A DNA stretch of 64,000 nt. Source: Callorhinchus milii (taxonomy: Eukaryota). The position numbers and the translations under genes are program-made. The notes under the pieces were generated by a model, which saw only the letters and a list, made by a program, of their open reading frames with translations, searched no databases and was not told where the DNA came from. Where the stretch lies: assembly GCF_018977255.1 (NCBI RefSeq), contig NW_024704743.1, positions 16,680,001 to 16,744,000 of the forward strand. The letters run 5' to 3'. Positions 33,661-47,612 of the stretch are shown here, in pieces. How positions within the stretch are numbered: the first letter of the stretch is position 1; every line of letters starts with the position of its first letter.

Positions 33661-33863
33661 GCTGATACTGATGTCCTGAGGTGATATCCCAGGAGTTACG
33701 TTAATGACTGGCACAGCCTCAACTGCTAATGAAGCACTCCTGCTTCTCCATAAAACACAGTAAAATGTTTACCCTTCATTGGGGCTTTGCATTGGAGATT
33801 TACACTACAGTATCTTGATGCCTGACCGCCAAAACCTATCCTATAGATCGCTTCCCTTTTCAT

Positions 33864-34411
33864 GGAGTCATGCAGCATATTGGTTAGAGCACTCAACTCG
33901 CAAAGCGAGAGGACAAGGGTTTGATTCCCAGGCAGGGCAAAACGATAGACAAGTTTCCTTACTCCATACGCCTCTGTTTACCTAGCAGTAACTAGGAACC
34001 TGGTTGTTTGTCGATTGGCGGATCGCTTTTCCGAAGGTAATAATCACCTCAATTTTTAAAAAATAATAATAATTTGGTCACTCAATCCACAATTGTTTGT
34101 GGGACGCTGCTTTGTGCAATTGGCTGCTGTGTTTTGCCTACAAGATATACCGTCAATTTGCGCATAGCAGTGTCCCACAAACACTTGTGGTTTGAGTGAC
34201 AAAATCATTATTTGTTTTTAGGATGGGGGAGAGGATTATTATCCCCAGAAAACCAATCCACCAATGAACTAACAACCGGATTCCTACTTACTGCTAGGTA
34301 AACAAAGGCGTGTGGAGGAAGGAAACTTGCCCAACATTTCACCCTACCAGGAATCAAACCTGGGTCTCTCGCTTGCGAGGTGAGTGCTCTAACCACTGAG
34401 CTACAGGACTC
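33864..34411. mobile_element. Two young SINEs fused tail-to-tail (inverted pair)
   Basis: + copy 33864 to ~34157 and - copy ~34154 to 34411; both lack the 3' tail. Confidence 0.8.
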
Positions 34412-34927
34412 TATAGGGCCTCATAGCCGAACTTGCTGACTTCTGTAAATAAAAACTGGAATATATAAACTGAGCTTTCCCAATAAGTGTGAAATCCCAG
34501 TGCTCAGAGTACAAATGAGTCAGACAGACCTGGAAGGACTAGGGTTTGCATTCTCAGCCTGTGCTGATTTAGCTAATCGCCACCGGAGGCAGTTTAATTG
34601 GCTTCAGTGCCCTTGGGATAATGAGGGAAAATCAGCTCGAGTTCCTGCTCCAGGTGACTTTCTGGTGAAAAGCATGCAAGTTTGAGTAGGGGATCAGTCA
34701 CGACCATGACAGGTTAAATAGCCTGCGGCATGAGAGGTAATGAGAGGTGTTAAGTGGATAAAGGTTGAATTATTTCTAATCTGTCTCCCTTTCCCTTTGA
34801 TGCAATTTACAGTCTCACCACAAATCAGAGAGTGTTTCCGTCCTGCCCATTGCAGCATTGATTCTTTAAGACTTAGAATGTGATGCCCTGGGACAGGCAG
34901 ACAGACTGGTATCTATAGAGGTACTAA

Positions 34928-35443
34928 GGAGTCCTATAGGGTATTGGTTAGAGCCCTCGCCTCACAAGCAAGAGGACTCGGGTTTGATTCCTGGGCAGGG
35001 CAAAACGTTAGGCAAGTTTCCTTACTCCATATGCCTCTATTTAGTTAGCAGTAAGTAGGAAGCTGGTTGTTAGTTGAATGGCGGATCACTTTCCGGGGGT
35101 CATAATCCATGACTGTTTATAATAATAATAATAATAATAATCCTTGCATTTGATATAGCGCTTTTCACGTCGGGAGGACGTCCCAAAGCGCTTCACAGAA
35201 CACACTGTAAAGTGAATTGACTGTATATTTGTGGGCGAACGCGGCAGCCAATTGCGCACAGCAATGTCCCACAAACAGTCGTAGATTGAAAATGACCAAT
35301 TTATTATTGTTTTTGGTTTTTGGAGGGATTATTATTAGGCGTGTGGAGTAAGGAAACTTGCCCAAGGTTTCGCCCTGCCTGGAATTGAACTCAGGTCTCT
35401 CGCTTGCAAAGCGAGTGCTCTAACCACTGAGCTACAGGACTCC
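34928..35443. mobile_element. Inverted pair of young SINEs (+ 34928-35110; - 35119-35443)
   Basis: Heads ggagtcctatag... and ...gctacaggactcc face outward. Confidence 0.8.
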
Positions 35444-37231
35444 ACAGAGTTTGTGGGACACTGCTGTGCAGTCAGTTAGCTTTACAGTATATTCTGTGAA
35501 GCTCTTTGAGATGTCTCAATGATGTGAAAAAGCTCTATATCAAATGCAAGGATTATTATTTATTCAATGCACAAGTACTTTTTTGCTATGTTCGTTTTGG
35601 TGCTTGTAGACTTTTTGAGAATTTCCCTAGAAAAAGGGGTGAGAGCGGGGCAGTGGGACTTGTTAGGTCTTTCAAAGAGCCGGCACAGACACAATGGGCC
35701 GAATCTGTGCTGTAAAATTCTATGATTCTATGATATCTTTATTAATAAGATCTTCATTGACGCTTGAACACATCAGTGGCAGAAATTCAACCTCAACCCT
35801 CAAAAGCAAATCCTGCTCTTGGGCAGTGACTGCTCTTCCTCCAAATACATTTTGTTACAATTTACAAGTTGGTCACTGTGTTGTCACTGTCAATACCTGA
35901 TGAGCTTGCTTATAGCAAGTGCTAGATTTCAGAGAAGTGAAGTCAGTAATATTACATTGTACGATCATGTCGGACAAGAAGCAAATTCAACAACAACCAC
36001 AACTTGCATTTTTATACCGTTCACATGGCATAACATCACAGAGCACTTCATGGTGTCAAGTAACAAAGTGGGCAATGTCAATTACTCATTTGTTTTTTGT
36101 CAACAAAATGTTGACTGTTTATTGCTGGAATGGAGAATGTTCTACCCTTCAGCCAGGATAGACAAGAAAGACAGCCCATCTCCTCCATACAACAACAACA
36201 AATTGCATTTGTATAGCACCTTTGGGAGGACATCCCAATGGGGTGGGGGTTGCAGAAAGACTGAAGGGGAAGGCAGAGACACAGAGCAGGCCAGAACCCA
36301 CTGAGCAGAGAGAGAGAGGGCAGCCGGTATAAGAGGAGCGAGGCTGTGGCGGACATTGAAAGCGAGGACGAGGATTTTGAACTCTTATTCGCTGGCGGAT
36401 GGGGAACCGGTGGAACAGGGCGAGATAATCTCTACAGGACTGATCACGTCAGTTAATCATTCACTGCCCACCATTTCAGCAGAGATGCAGGTACCAGGAT
36501 CCACAATTGGGCTGTGCACATTTAAGATTCCATGGAACTATTCAAAAAGAGAAGGGAATTCCTCCTGGTATCCTGGCCTAAAACAATCACCAGATAAAAT
36601 TGCTCATTCACTTGTTGGCTGTCTGTGGGACACATGTGTACTTGCTGAAAAATGCACAGTCACTATATACAGGGAAATCCTGTGAAGCTCTTTGAGGTGT
36701 TTTGACAAAGTTGCTATATCAGGTGGAAGAAAGAATCATTATTAAACTGCAGGACAGTGCTTTGCTTGGGTGGTGTATGGTCGCCACCTGGTGGAGAGGG
36801 CAAAACTATGGATGTAAATCACTTGTAAAACACAGTGCTCAGTTGACAAATCACACAATCCTGAAATTTCTCTTGGTATTAACCTTAATGCCATCGTCTT
36901 CAAAGTTAAGTGCCTTTCCCTCCCTCTCTCTCCCCTTCGCTCAATCCACTCTATATGTTAAAGTATTGTGGATCACTTGCCACTTGCATTGCCATTTCAT
37001 TGCGATAAAATACTATTTCAAGTTTTTTTTTCATTCTTTCTCTTTGCCAACAAAACACACAGTCACAACACTTCACAGTATATCCAGTAACGTGCTTTGA
37101 AACGTCATCCTGATCTGAAAGGGCTATTTCAAATGTAAGGATTATTATTGATTATTGTGCAGATTCTTGTCCCTCTAGTGGACTGGAAGAATATTGCACA
37201 TTCTTAAATAAACCCTACCACTGTGCTGGAT

Positions 37232-37510
37232 AAATAATAATAAATAATAATCCTTGCATTTAATATAGCGCCTTATCACGTCTTCGAGAGGTCTCAAAGC
37301 GCTTCACAGAATATACTGTAAAATGAATAGACTATATTTTGTGGGCAAAACATGGCAGCCAATTGCGCACAGCAGCATCCCACAACAGTCGTGGATTGAA
37401 TGAAGGAATTACTACCCCGGAAACTTGCCCAACATTTTGCCCTCCTGGAAATCAAACCCAGGTCTCTCGCTTGCGAGGCAAGTGCTCTAACCACTGAGCT
37501 ACAGGACTCC
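37232..37510 (-). mobile_element. Young SINE with internal deletion
   Basis: Head ...ccactgagctacaggactcc; tail aataataatccttgcatt. Confidence 0.8.
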
Positions 37511-37789
37511 ATGAGTATCACGCAGCATGTTAAAATTAATTTAAAAAGTAGTGAATTGCCTAAGCTGTGCATTAGTGTGTTGTTCTGAGGGTTGTAAATA
37601 AATAAGGAATTCATTAAACACTGTGGAGGTTGTGACCAACTGGAAGGAAGCAAATGTGATTCCCATATTCAAGGAAGTTGACATTGACTTAAAGACTGTT
37701 CTGTATTGCTCCTGGGCTGATCGTTGGTAAATGAAGTTCAATACAGATAAATAAAAGGTCCTGCATACAGGAAGTAAAAGTAGAAAAAA

Positions 37790-38400
37790 CATTTACTTTA
37801 TGGATGAGCAAGAATTTACTGAGAAAGACCTAGGGAAGTTGATTCATTGCTCATCATGTCAAAATATGTGTGATGGTAATATAGTAATATAATAATATAA
37901 ATGAACAGAGGAAGGAACCATAAAGAAGAAAGGATCACTTAGAGTCACGCTTAAGTTCTGGTCAGGCTCCATCTGAAGTGTTACAAACTAGTTTGGTCAT
38001 GGAGACATTAGTAGGCAGTTCCAGAGGCAGTGACCAAGGCTGTGCTCAGTATTTGAGGGTTGATCTACAAAGAACAATTAGATAAGATGGGTCTCTTCAG
38101 TTTCGAATAAAGATATCCCAGAGGGGTCTTGCCTAAGGTACTAACAGGGATAAAGTAATCCCTGAACAATACTTTCAGATACGCCAAGGCAGCAGGACAC
38201 AATTTCGGGGTTGTGAAGGGCAATTTTAAAACAAACTCAGGAAATATTTATTTACATAGAGGGTAATAAACAGCTGGAGGGCGGTAGAGGCTAGCAGGCT
38301 GGAATCATTTAACAAGTACTGTAGCTTGTTCGAGTAATCAGAAGATTATGGTGCAGGTATTCTGGAAGGATGAGATCAAATGAGTTGAAGAACTTTGTTC
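37790..38400 (+). mobile_element. Old CR1-type LINE 3' fragment
   Basis: Degenerate gagaaagacctagg, tatttatttacatagagggtaataaacagctgg and ttctggaaggatgagatcaaatg motifs. Confidence 0.55.
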
Positions 38401-39759
38401 AACTAAACCTCAGCTGCCAGTGATAAAGCTGCAGTGCAATCATTATTTCACATCTTTCAAACATCTTAAATGCTACACAGAGATTAACTGTAACAAAAAC
38501 AGTTGTGCAAGGTGCACTGTGGAGGTCAACACATGAACAGAAGAAGAATTGCTTCAATGAGGCATCAAGGCAACTGCTTGTGACTCCCTCTGGGCTTATC
38601 CCAACGAAGCATTGCTGGTTGTCAGGTAAAATGTTCCTCGTTGCCTGTAATGTGAGAAAACATGGTATTGTAATGTCAGTTAATTTGTGGCAAGAGATGA
38701 AAAATGTAAATAATAATAATCCTTGCATACGGCATAGCGCCTTATCTCATCTTCGAGACGTCTCAAAGCCCTTCACAGAATATACGGTAAAGTGAATTGA
38801 CTGTATATTTTCTGGGCGAATATACGAGGGAGAAGGTCACTGGACATGCCTCTTAGTTCAAGGTCTATCTCATGATCTACCTCTTTGACTGGGCTTTTAG
38901 TCATCTTTCCCCACCCCAACCCCTTCGCTTCCACTCGCAGCTGAGGTGCCAAACCAGGATTGTTAAAAGACTTGGGGCGTCCTCCTAACGTGAAAGGCAC
39001 TATATAAATTTGTATTGTAAAGTCTGATGCTAAAATCAGACATTACAAACTAATCATGGCAGTGTGTTTGACATGTAATATGACATGATTATTGGAGTGC
39101 GACAGTATGATTCACCAGAATCTGCATATAACAGTGAATGGATGTTTCTGCTCATGAGGGTGAGGTTTGGCATTGCAGTGTATGGCACATGCCTGCCTGT
39201 AACTTTCATTGCATACAAATGACGCTGGGGAATATTTTACACTCTTAGTGACATCTGTAGTTAATAGATGAAATGGGCAATGTGTTGAGGAAATGTAGCA
39301 AATTTCTGGAAGCAGTGTTTTACATTGGCAAAACTGTCTCAGCCAACAAGAATGCAGCCCTTATCAATGGTCAACACAACTTGCATTTATATAGTGCCCA
39401 TCACACAGGGTAACTGCCCAGAGCGCTTAAAATCAACAATCCCAAGTTGCTCAACAACTGGGAACAACAGGATCAGTGTCTAGTTTGCAACATTTGCACC
39501 TACACCTACAAATACACAGTCACTACACTCTGCAATATAACTTTGCTTTGAGACGATCTCCTGATGTGAAAGCCGCATATCAAATGTCACGATTCTTCTT
39601 ATTTATTATTTTAAAAGGCTAGAGAGCGAAAGGGCACAACCACAGTCCAGACACTGAAGATCTGTTTACCTAGCAAAACGGAACAACTCTAACAGATCCA
39701 TCATTTACTCCCACAGTGAGAATATATACAGTCACCAAATGTAAACAATCTGCCCACAA

Positions 39760-40645
39760 GCTGATCTGATCTCCGTGCTTCCCCCACTGCCCTCTCCCCT
39801 TCCCCACCCCGACCCTCAGCTTGGGTCCAAAACTCTGTCTGTCCAGCACCTTGGGACATCCTCCTGTTGTGAAAGGCGCTATATAAATGTAATTTCGTTC
39901 TTGTTGCTCTGATTAGACACCACAGTCTGCATGTGCTCTACCCTACACCACAACAAGGCAATTCCGTCATGTGTGTCACCATTTCTCATGTAGTCCCAGC
40001 CCCTTATCACCCTTATTCCTAAAAAAAAACCTTCACTAGACCCATCCCTGTTAACTAACTACCACCACATCTCCAACCTCTCTTTTCTTCCCAAGGTCCT
40101 TGAAAGAGTTGTTGCTTCCCAGCTTCTTTCCTTCTTCTCCTGCCACTCCCTCCAATCGGGTTTCCACGCTGCCCACAGCACGGAAACAGCCCTGGGTCAA
40201 GGTGACAAATGGCATTCTGTCCATCTGTGACCAGGGCTCTGATAGTCCCTCTGTCTCCTCGTCCTCCTCGACCCCCATCCCTCAGAGGATCAAGTTCAAA
40301 ATTATCATCCTCACCTTCAAAGCCCTCCATGGCCTTGCCCACTCTTACCTTTCCGACCTTCTAACCCCTTATCACCTGTCCGCTCCCTCTGCTCAGCAGG
40401 CTCCAGCCTGCTCCACATCTCCTATCCGGCCCTCTCTGCCCCCACCCTCGAGAACTCTATCCCACATTCCCTTCGCCTCGCTCCCTCCCTTGCCTCCTTC
40501 ATAGCACACCTCAAGTCCCCCCTCTTCAACTGTGCCTTCGGTCACCATCATATTCTCTCTGCCCTCCACCCTTCCTGATCCCAAACCCTGCCACCTCCCG
40601 CTCGGGACCTCATTGTTCAGCGCTTTGGGATGTCCTGTAATTTTG
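39760..40645 (+). mobile_element. Two L2-type LINE fragments with internal deletions
   Basis: [30 protein letters not shown] translation. Confidence 0.75.
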
Positions 40646-41012
40646 TAATGCATCGTATCTCCCAGAGTGTCTGGCCCAGAAAAAAATAGGATAGATTTAA
40701 AGGAACATCTGCAGATTCCTAAATATCCTGCTATGTAAAAATCTACCTCTTCGGCTGCCACCACCACTCCCCTCGGAGGTGCTGAGATTCTAAACTATGC
40801 AATTATCACACCTAGGTTTGACTACACCAAAACAAACGTAGGTGAACCCCCACAAGCAGAAATTACAATATGTATTTCTTTGTAAATAACATGTTGACAC
40901 TCTCTGTGAAGGGTCACACGGCCTTCGCAAACACTTGGGTGAGCTACTAGAGACCACCCAGTTCCTGTGCACAAAAATTGAGCCAGGAATGGCTTCAGGA
41001 GCAGTGGGGTAA

Positions 41013-41150
41013 GTGGGGGGGGAGGTGGGGGGTGGAATTGAGGTTGGAGAAGGGAATGGGCTAAGGGAAGGGAGAGGGAAAGGGAGGGAGGAGGAAAGGG
41101 GGGTGGGGAGGAGGGAATGGGGAAGGATGCGAAGAAAGGAGAGAAATGAT
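41013..41150 (+). repeat. G/A-rich low-complexity tract
   Basis: Many GGG runs in a nearly pure purine tract. Confidence 0.7.
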
Positions 41151-41729
41151 AATGGAAAAAAACAGACAATTTGAGGTTCAATAAACAGGAGTAAGTTTGG
41201 AACCTGATCTGGAGGAGGGTGAATCATTAAGTCGCAAGAAGCGCTTAACACACCTTGCATTTAAGTCCACATTTTATAATTCTATGAATGTGTGCGTTAA
41301 AAGAGAAAACTATCAAGAATTAAGAATTTTGAGTTTATGTAATTTATACATGCAAGTTATACATTAGAATGCAGACATTTCCTAATTTCACGAAACGCAC
41401 AAGACCTACCCTTATGAAGAGGAGAGAGTAGGTTGGCAGCGCTAAAAAGGTCAGTTATATCAGCACAGTGCACTATTGTATAAAACCTCCTTAGGTCTCT
41501 TACAAAATAAGCTTTGCTCTGTAACTTATATCCTGTCAATGACATTTCATAGGCAGACTCCCATGGTATTCCTGTGATAATTCGTGACTTTTTGCACTTC
41601 CTTTGAGTACAACATGCCTTTTAGCTCATGCTGATGTGCATTACTGATTGCTGGCTTATCCACACAGCATTCTGGTCATACAGCGCTGCCCAGACATATT
41701 CTGATCATTTAATGCAAAACTTGCTGTTA

Positions 41730-42405
41730 TCTGGTTAGAGCACTTGTATCACAAGCGAGAGGACCTGGGTTCGATTCCCAGGCGGAGCGAAACCTTAGGC
41801 AGGTTTCCTTACTCTACACACCTCTGTTCATCCAGCAGTAAGTAGGCATCTGATTGTTAGTCGATTGTTGGATCGCTTTCCTTGGTTAGTAACCCCTGAA
41901 AAAAACATTTGGTAACTCAATCCATGTCTGTTTGTGCGACATTGCTTTGCGCAATTGGCTGCTGCATTTTGTCCACAAATGCACAGTCAATTCACTTCAC
42001 AGTACATACTGTGAAACATTTTGAGACGTCGCAATGATTTCATAAGATACTATATCAAATGCAAAGATTATTATTATAGTATTATGTTCAATGTTCACGT
42101 TTACCTCCAAATATATCAAAATCATAATTAATAATAATAATAATCCTTACATTTGATGAAGCGCTTTTCATGTCTTCTAGATATCTCAAAGCGCTTCACA
42201 CAATATACTGTAAAGTGAATTGACTGTATATTTGTGAGCGAAACATGGCAACCAATTGAGCCCAGCAGTGTCCCACAAACAGTTGTGGATTGAGTGAAGG
42301 AATTATTACCCCCGGAAAAGCAATTCACCAATCAACTAACAACCGGGTTCCTACTTACTGCTTGGTAAACAGAGGCGTGTGCGAGTAAGAAAAGTTGCCC
42401 AACAT
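41730..42405. mobile_element. Inverted pair of young SINEs (+ 41730-42078; - 42128-42405)
   Basis: Tails face each other across a spacer of about 50 bp. Confidence 0.8.
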
Positions 42406-43527
42406 TTCTAATTTTTCAAGAACTGCAATAATAATAATAATCTTTGCATTTGATACAGCGCCTTAACATGTCATTGGAATATCTCAAGCGCTTCACGGAT
42501 ATTATTGTGGTGTAGTGACTGTATATTTGTCATTTTGTCATTGAATGCGGCAGCCAATTTGCCCACAGCATTGCCCTATAAACAGCCATGAAGTGACTGG
42601 CTAATTTTATTTGAGGTAATGTTGACCACAACATTTCTGTATCCAAATAAGAATGCCACCACCCACCCCTCCACCCCCCGCCTGTTCAGTCTAACCCCCA
42701 CACCAGCACTAAAAAGATCAACAATAGAATTTGCTTAGAACTCTCTCACTCCCTAATAGTCATTTAATCTACAAGACTCTCTCTGCAACACAATCCTCCC
42801 TAACAACAAGTTTTTTTTAATAAGAGAACATTATGGAGAGAAACTAATATATTTCCCTTATTTTGTAATTATTGGGAGTTGAGGTATGTGATAATAATAA
42901 TGATAATCCTTGCATTTGGTATAGCGCCTTATCACGTTGTTGAGACGTCTCAAAGCACTTCACAGAATATACTTTAAAGTGAATTGATGGTATATTTTGT
43001 GGGCAAAATGTAGTTACATCCATCTCTCCACATGTATCACAACAGTTTCCTAAAAACGACCTTTACGAATACTGCATTATGTGGGGCTGCTCTATGCTTG
43101 AAGGGACAGCAGGGATCATGATCTTCTGCTCAACCCAGTGTAAGGTTTCAATGCCTTGACAGTACCCTTCTTGCTTTCTTCTTTCTTGAGGTGTCAACAG
43201 ACATTTGCTTTCTACAACAATCTACCATTCATAAGCCAGAGGCCTCCAGTCATAAGTTCATTGGGACACCTGTGGAGCTGTAGTTGAGTTGTCACAGCAA
43301 CACAGCTTCCCACTCTGGCTACACGTCCGACAGTCAAGTTTGTAAAGCAATAAATAGTATTTAATTAGATATGAATCAGGCATTTTGCTGGTAAAGAAAA
43401 ATAAAATTGCTTGTGGTTATGTGTTCAGATGTTATTAGATACAGCGCTTTTTTCTTTTTTTGTATTTAATATGCTTCTGTTCAAATGCTTCAAATTCATT
43501 CAACTATCATAACACGCAGAACACTAT

Positions 43528-43626
43528 TTGTGTGTACACATGTACGTATGTGCACATATGTATATATATATGTGTGTATATGTGTACATCTGTATAGGTG
43601 TATATGTGTGTACATGTGTATGTGTC
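43528..43626. repeat. Imperfect (TG/TA)n microsatellite
   Basis: tgtgtacacatgtacgtatgtgcacatatgtatatatatatgtgtg... Confidence 0.85.
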
Positions 43627-44196
43627 ATTTTCCCTCCTCCATTCTAAGCTTTTACCTTAAAAGCTTTCACCTTTATTGAATAGGTCACCTTTACTGCTGA
43701 CCTACTCTCTCTCTTTCGTATGGCTCATGTTACTAATCATACCGGGAGATCGAAAAATCGATATCCAGTTGCCTTTTGATGACATTCATTGTGTTAACCA
43801 ATAACACGTAACAGGAGCACCTCATGAAAGTTGTCAACCCGTCCCCAGGGACCTACTGAGATCTAACAACACAGAACAAGGATTGAGTCAGCGACCTTCA
43901 ACGCTGTGTAGCTCAGCTACCGAAAGTATAAGCTTGCTGAGCCATTTTGAGAGCTCAAGCTTTCCATTGAATAGGGGACTAGTTTGTGAGATTCCATCTT
44001 CACAGGAATCAAGACTGGGATGAGCATTTGAGCAGGGATCTGGGCAGGCAGTGGTGACACAATCGGGATTCACCATTTACCAAATCTTTTGCTTATTATC
44101 TCGCAAATTAGATTCCAGAGTCACAAAAGGCAAATACAATTAAAGAGGTAAAGAACACAAATCGCTAGTAAATGATTAGTTACTAATAATTGACCA

Positions 44197-44560
44197 TTGA
44201 GCCTAACTCAGTTGGTAGCCCTTTTGCCTTTGTGTCCGCAAGGTTCTGGGTTTGAGCCCCACATTGGGAAATTGAGCTCAAGTCTAGGCAAGTGCTGCTT
44301 TAGTGGAGGTGCTGTTCTTTGGATAACATATTAAACTGAAGCCCTGTCTGCCTGTTCAGGTGGAACGTATAGATCCCCATGCCACTATTTAAAAAGAGAA
44401 GGGTGTCTCCTGATCATCAATCTCTCAGATAAATTGGCCATTCACTTCCTGGATGTTTGTGCAACATTGCTGGGTGCAGAATGGCTGCCACCCTCGACAA
44501 CAAGTAAACAGTCACTATACTTTACCCTAAATCCTGTGAAGCGTTTGAGACATCTCAATA
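44197..44560 (+). mobile_element. Deu-domain SINE
   Basis: tRNA-like head, ggaggtgctgttctttggat...caggtggaacgtatagatcccc core, and tail. Confidence 0.7.
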
Positions 44561-46324
44561 ATAGTAATAATCCTTGCATTTGATATAGCACCTTATCACG
44601 TCTGAGGCGTCTCAAAGTGTTTCACAGAATATACTGTAAAGTGAATTGACTGTATATTTTGTGGGCGGAATGAGATACTCTTATCAAATTTGTTATTATA
44701 ACCGGAGAGACTTTTTTTACACAATAACGCCTCTGCTGTTTCTCAGTGTGCAGTTTGCTTGTGCTTTTATTTAGCCCACACAATTAGCTTGATCTCTGCA
44801 AGGTTCCCACATGTTGCATCGCACACACACCACAAACTGGAACTGAACTGTGCACTGGGGTTGTGAGTACATACCAAACAATTCCACTGGTTCATTAAAA
44901 ATTGACCAAAGTCATTGCTCCTGGAGGGAAATTTTGCAGCTGCTTTATTAAATCATGGAATGATGGTCAGAACGAAGGAGCAGTGTGGGTCATGTTCCTC
45001 CGGTTATTAAAATGTGCTGAATATTTTTAATGATAGAGTCTGAGAAGGGTTGAACTGTGGTGCTAACTAACTACTGCCCATGGTGGTACATAAAAAGGAT
45101 TATTAGTTTAGCATGAGACTTGGGAGTCAGGCGTGTGGTTTCAGACACGTGTAACGTTTTATAAATCAACGCTCTTAGGGAGACACTTAAGAGCATATAT
45201 GCAAACTAGCTGAACACAGACAAGGCAGAACCAGCAGTGATCGGATTCAACATGCAAATGGACCCTTAGGTATGGACAGCAGAAAGTGGGCACTGCAGCC
45301 AAACTGGGTCTAGGATTTTCTCTGAACAATTCTGGGTTCAGCCATCAGTGAAACTAAATAGGATAAAGATGCATAAATGAGCTTCCAGTATATTCTTTAC
45401 ACTGTGTTGATGTTTTGTTGCATTTTCTTGGTTCTGACCTCTCCCTGCAAACATATGGAATTACTTTTCTCTGGTTGTATTGTAAGCCAGTCCCTCGGCT
45501 CTCTAATTTCTCACTGTGTCTGCTCTCTTTGCAGCAGTTGGAGGGATAATCCTCCCATCTGGGTTCAGATTTGAACTGCGTTCACCATTTGTGCAGAAGA
45601 ATTTGTCCCGACCTTCACTGCACTGTGTGAGTTCCCAAACTGACAGAGAAATCCTGTGGGCATAATTCATTACAGACAGGAGAAACCTCTTGGAAAAGAT
45701 CAGTTATTCATTGTCACAGGACTCAGTATAGTGGAAGAAGTTAACTCAATATATATATCACAATCCTGTTATCAAGAGAAATGTGAACGGGAACACAATG
45801 CTGGGTCTATGATGGTTAATGAGCTGGGTGTAAGGCCCATCGGAGAGAGGAGTGGCTATCCTCCCTCTATTATAAGTCAGTGGAGAGAATAATTTTGTAG
45901 ATGTCCGACACAGTCACTTCAACAACAACAATTACACCTGGATAGCTCCTCTTACTTTGGAAGAATATCTCAAAACACTTTGCAATGGCTAAGTGAGAGC
46001 CTCAGATATGAGTGAGCTACAGGGATGGGAGCATGTCAACATAATAATAATAATCCTTGCATTTGGTGAGCTTAAAGACCTGATGTGGGACTTGAATTTA
46101 CAACCTTCTGACTTATCAGGTCGGAAGGATGTCTCAAAGCGTTTCACGAGAATTCCTGTGAAATGGAGCGATTGTATATTTGTAGGCAAATGTGGCAACA
46201 CAATTGTTCACATCAATGTCCCACATTCAGCCATGAAATGAGTGACCAATTTTTAATTGGGGGATTGTTGGCCAGGACATCGGGAGACATTCCTTTCTCT
46301 ATTTGAACAGTGGCAAGTGATCTT

Positions 46325-47005
46325 TAACTTCCTCTGCAACGTCCGCAACGTTGCCCGGCTCTGCCACTGTTTCACACCACAGGCTGCCAAAACCTTCATA
46401 CATGTCTCATTACATCGAGGCTTGATTATGCAAACTCATTGCTTGTCGTCTTCCCCAATTCCTCCCTCCACAGGCTGCAGATCATCCAGAACTCTGCAGC
46501 CCGTGGCCTTTCCTGCACTAGGCTCCACAACCCTATCACCCCCATCCTTGCCCAATTCCACTGGCTTCCCATCACACAGGATACAGTTCAAGATCCTGGT
46601 CCTCACCTTCAACGTCCTCCATGGTCTTGCTCCCCCTTACCTCTCCAACCTCCTAACCCCTTACCCCCTGTTCACTCCCTCCGCTCAAGGGGTTCCGACC
46701 TGCTTCACATCTCCCACCTTGCTCACCCCACTATTGGTAGGTAGGCCTTCCGCCACTCTGCCCCGCCCTCTGGAACTCCATCTCGCAGTCCCTCCGACTT
46801 GCCCCTTCCCTTGCCACCTTCAAGACTCATCTCAAGACCCTCCTATTCGACCGTACTTTTGATCTCCCTGCTTCCCCGCCTGCCCTCCACCCTCCCCGAC
46901 CCCTGACCCCCAACTCGGATCCGTAACTCTGTCTGTCCATCACCTTGGGCCATCCTCCCGATGTGAAAAATACTATACAAATGTAATTTTGTTGTTGTTG
47001 TTCTT
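46325..47005 (+). mobile_element. L2-type LINE 3' fragment inserted into a Deu SINE (pieces at ~46060-46325 and ~47010-47200)
   Basis: LHRLQIIQNSAAR...PITPILAQFHWLPI; (TTG)n tail at 46990; the SINE continues on both sides. Confidence 0.75.
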
Positions 47006-47317
47006 CTTCTTCCACCTGAACAGGCAGATAGGACCTTGATTTAACATCTCATCCAAAGGACAGGATCCACAACAATCCAATACCCACCCAGCGTTACATT
47101 GAAATGTCATCTTAGACTATGTGAGTTGAAGTCCCAACATAAGATTTGAATCCATTCCGACTCAGAAGCAAGAGTTCTACCACTGAGTCAAGCCGACACA
47201 CGTACTTCAAAGAACTCAAATATAATTTGGGGTAGTTCAGCATGATAAGGCGTTACATTAAATTGTCATTTCTTACTACATCTAAATACAGGAATAGCTC
47301 AGAAACAGGTCATTACG

Positions 47318-47612
47318 TATCAGCCTGGCTCAGTTGGTAGCATTCTTGGCTCTGAGTCAGAAGGTTGTAAGTTCAAGTCCCAAACAGGTCTTTAAGCTCA
47401 CAGTCTATGTTGTGCAATGTAGTGCTTAGGATGTGCTGCCTTGTTGGAGATGGCGTCCTTTGGATGAAATATTAAACCGAGGTTCTGTCTGCCTGTTCAG
47501 GTGGACGTTAAAGATCCCATGACACTATTCAAAAAGAGAAATTAGTTTCTTCCAGTGTTCTGGCCAACAATGCTCCACATAAAATTAGTCATTAACTTCA
47601 CTGCTGTTTTAC
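47318..47612 (+). mobile_element. Deu-domain SINE
   Basis: cagcctggctcagttggtagc head and a well-preserved Deu core. Confidence 0.75.

Noticed and set aside
34350..34411. tRNA genes (TAGCTCAGTGGTTAGAGC...GGTTTGATTCC), also near 35443, 37510 and 23303
   Set aside because: They lack a full cloverleaf 3' acceptor strand and run on into a shared SINE body and tail; these are SINE heads.
40790..41260. Pro-rich 156-aa and 119-aa ORFs
   Set aside because: Artefacts of the G/A-rich low-complexity tract.
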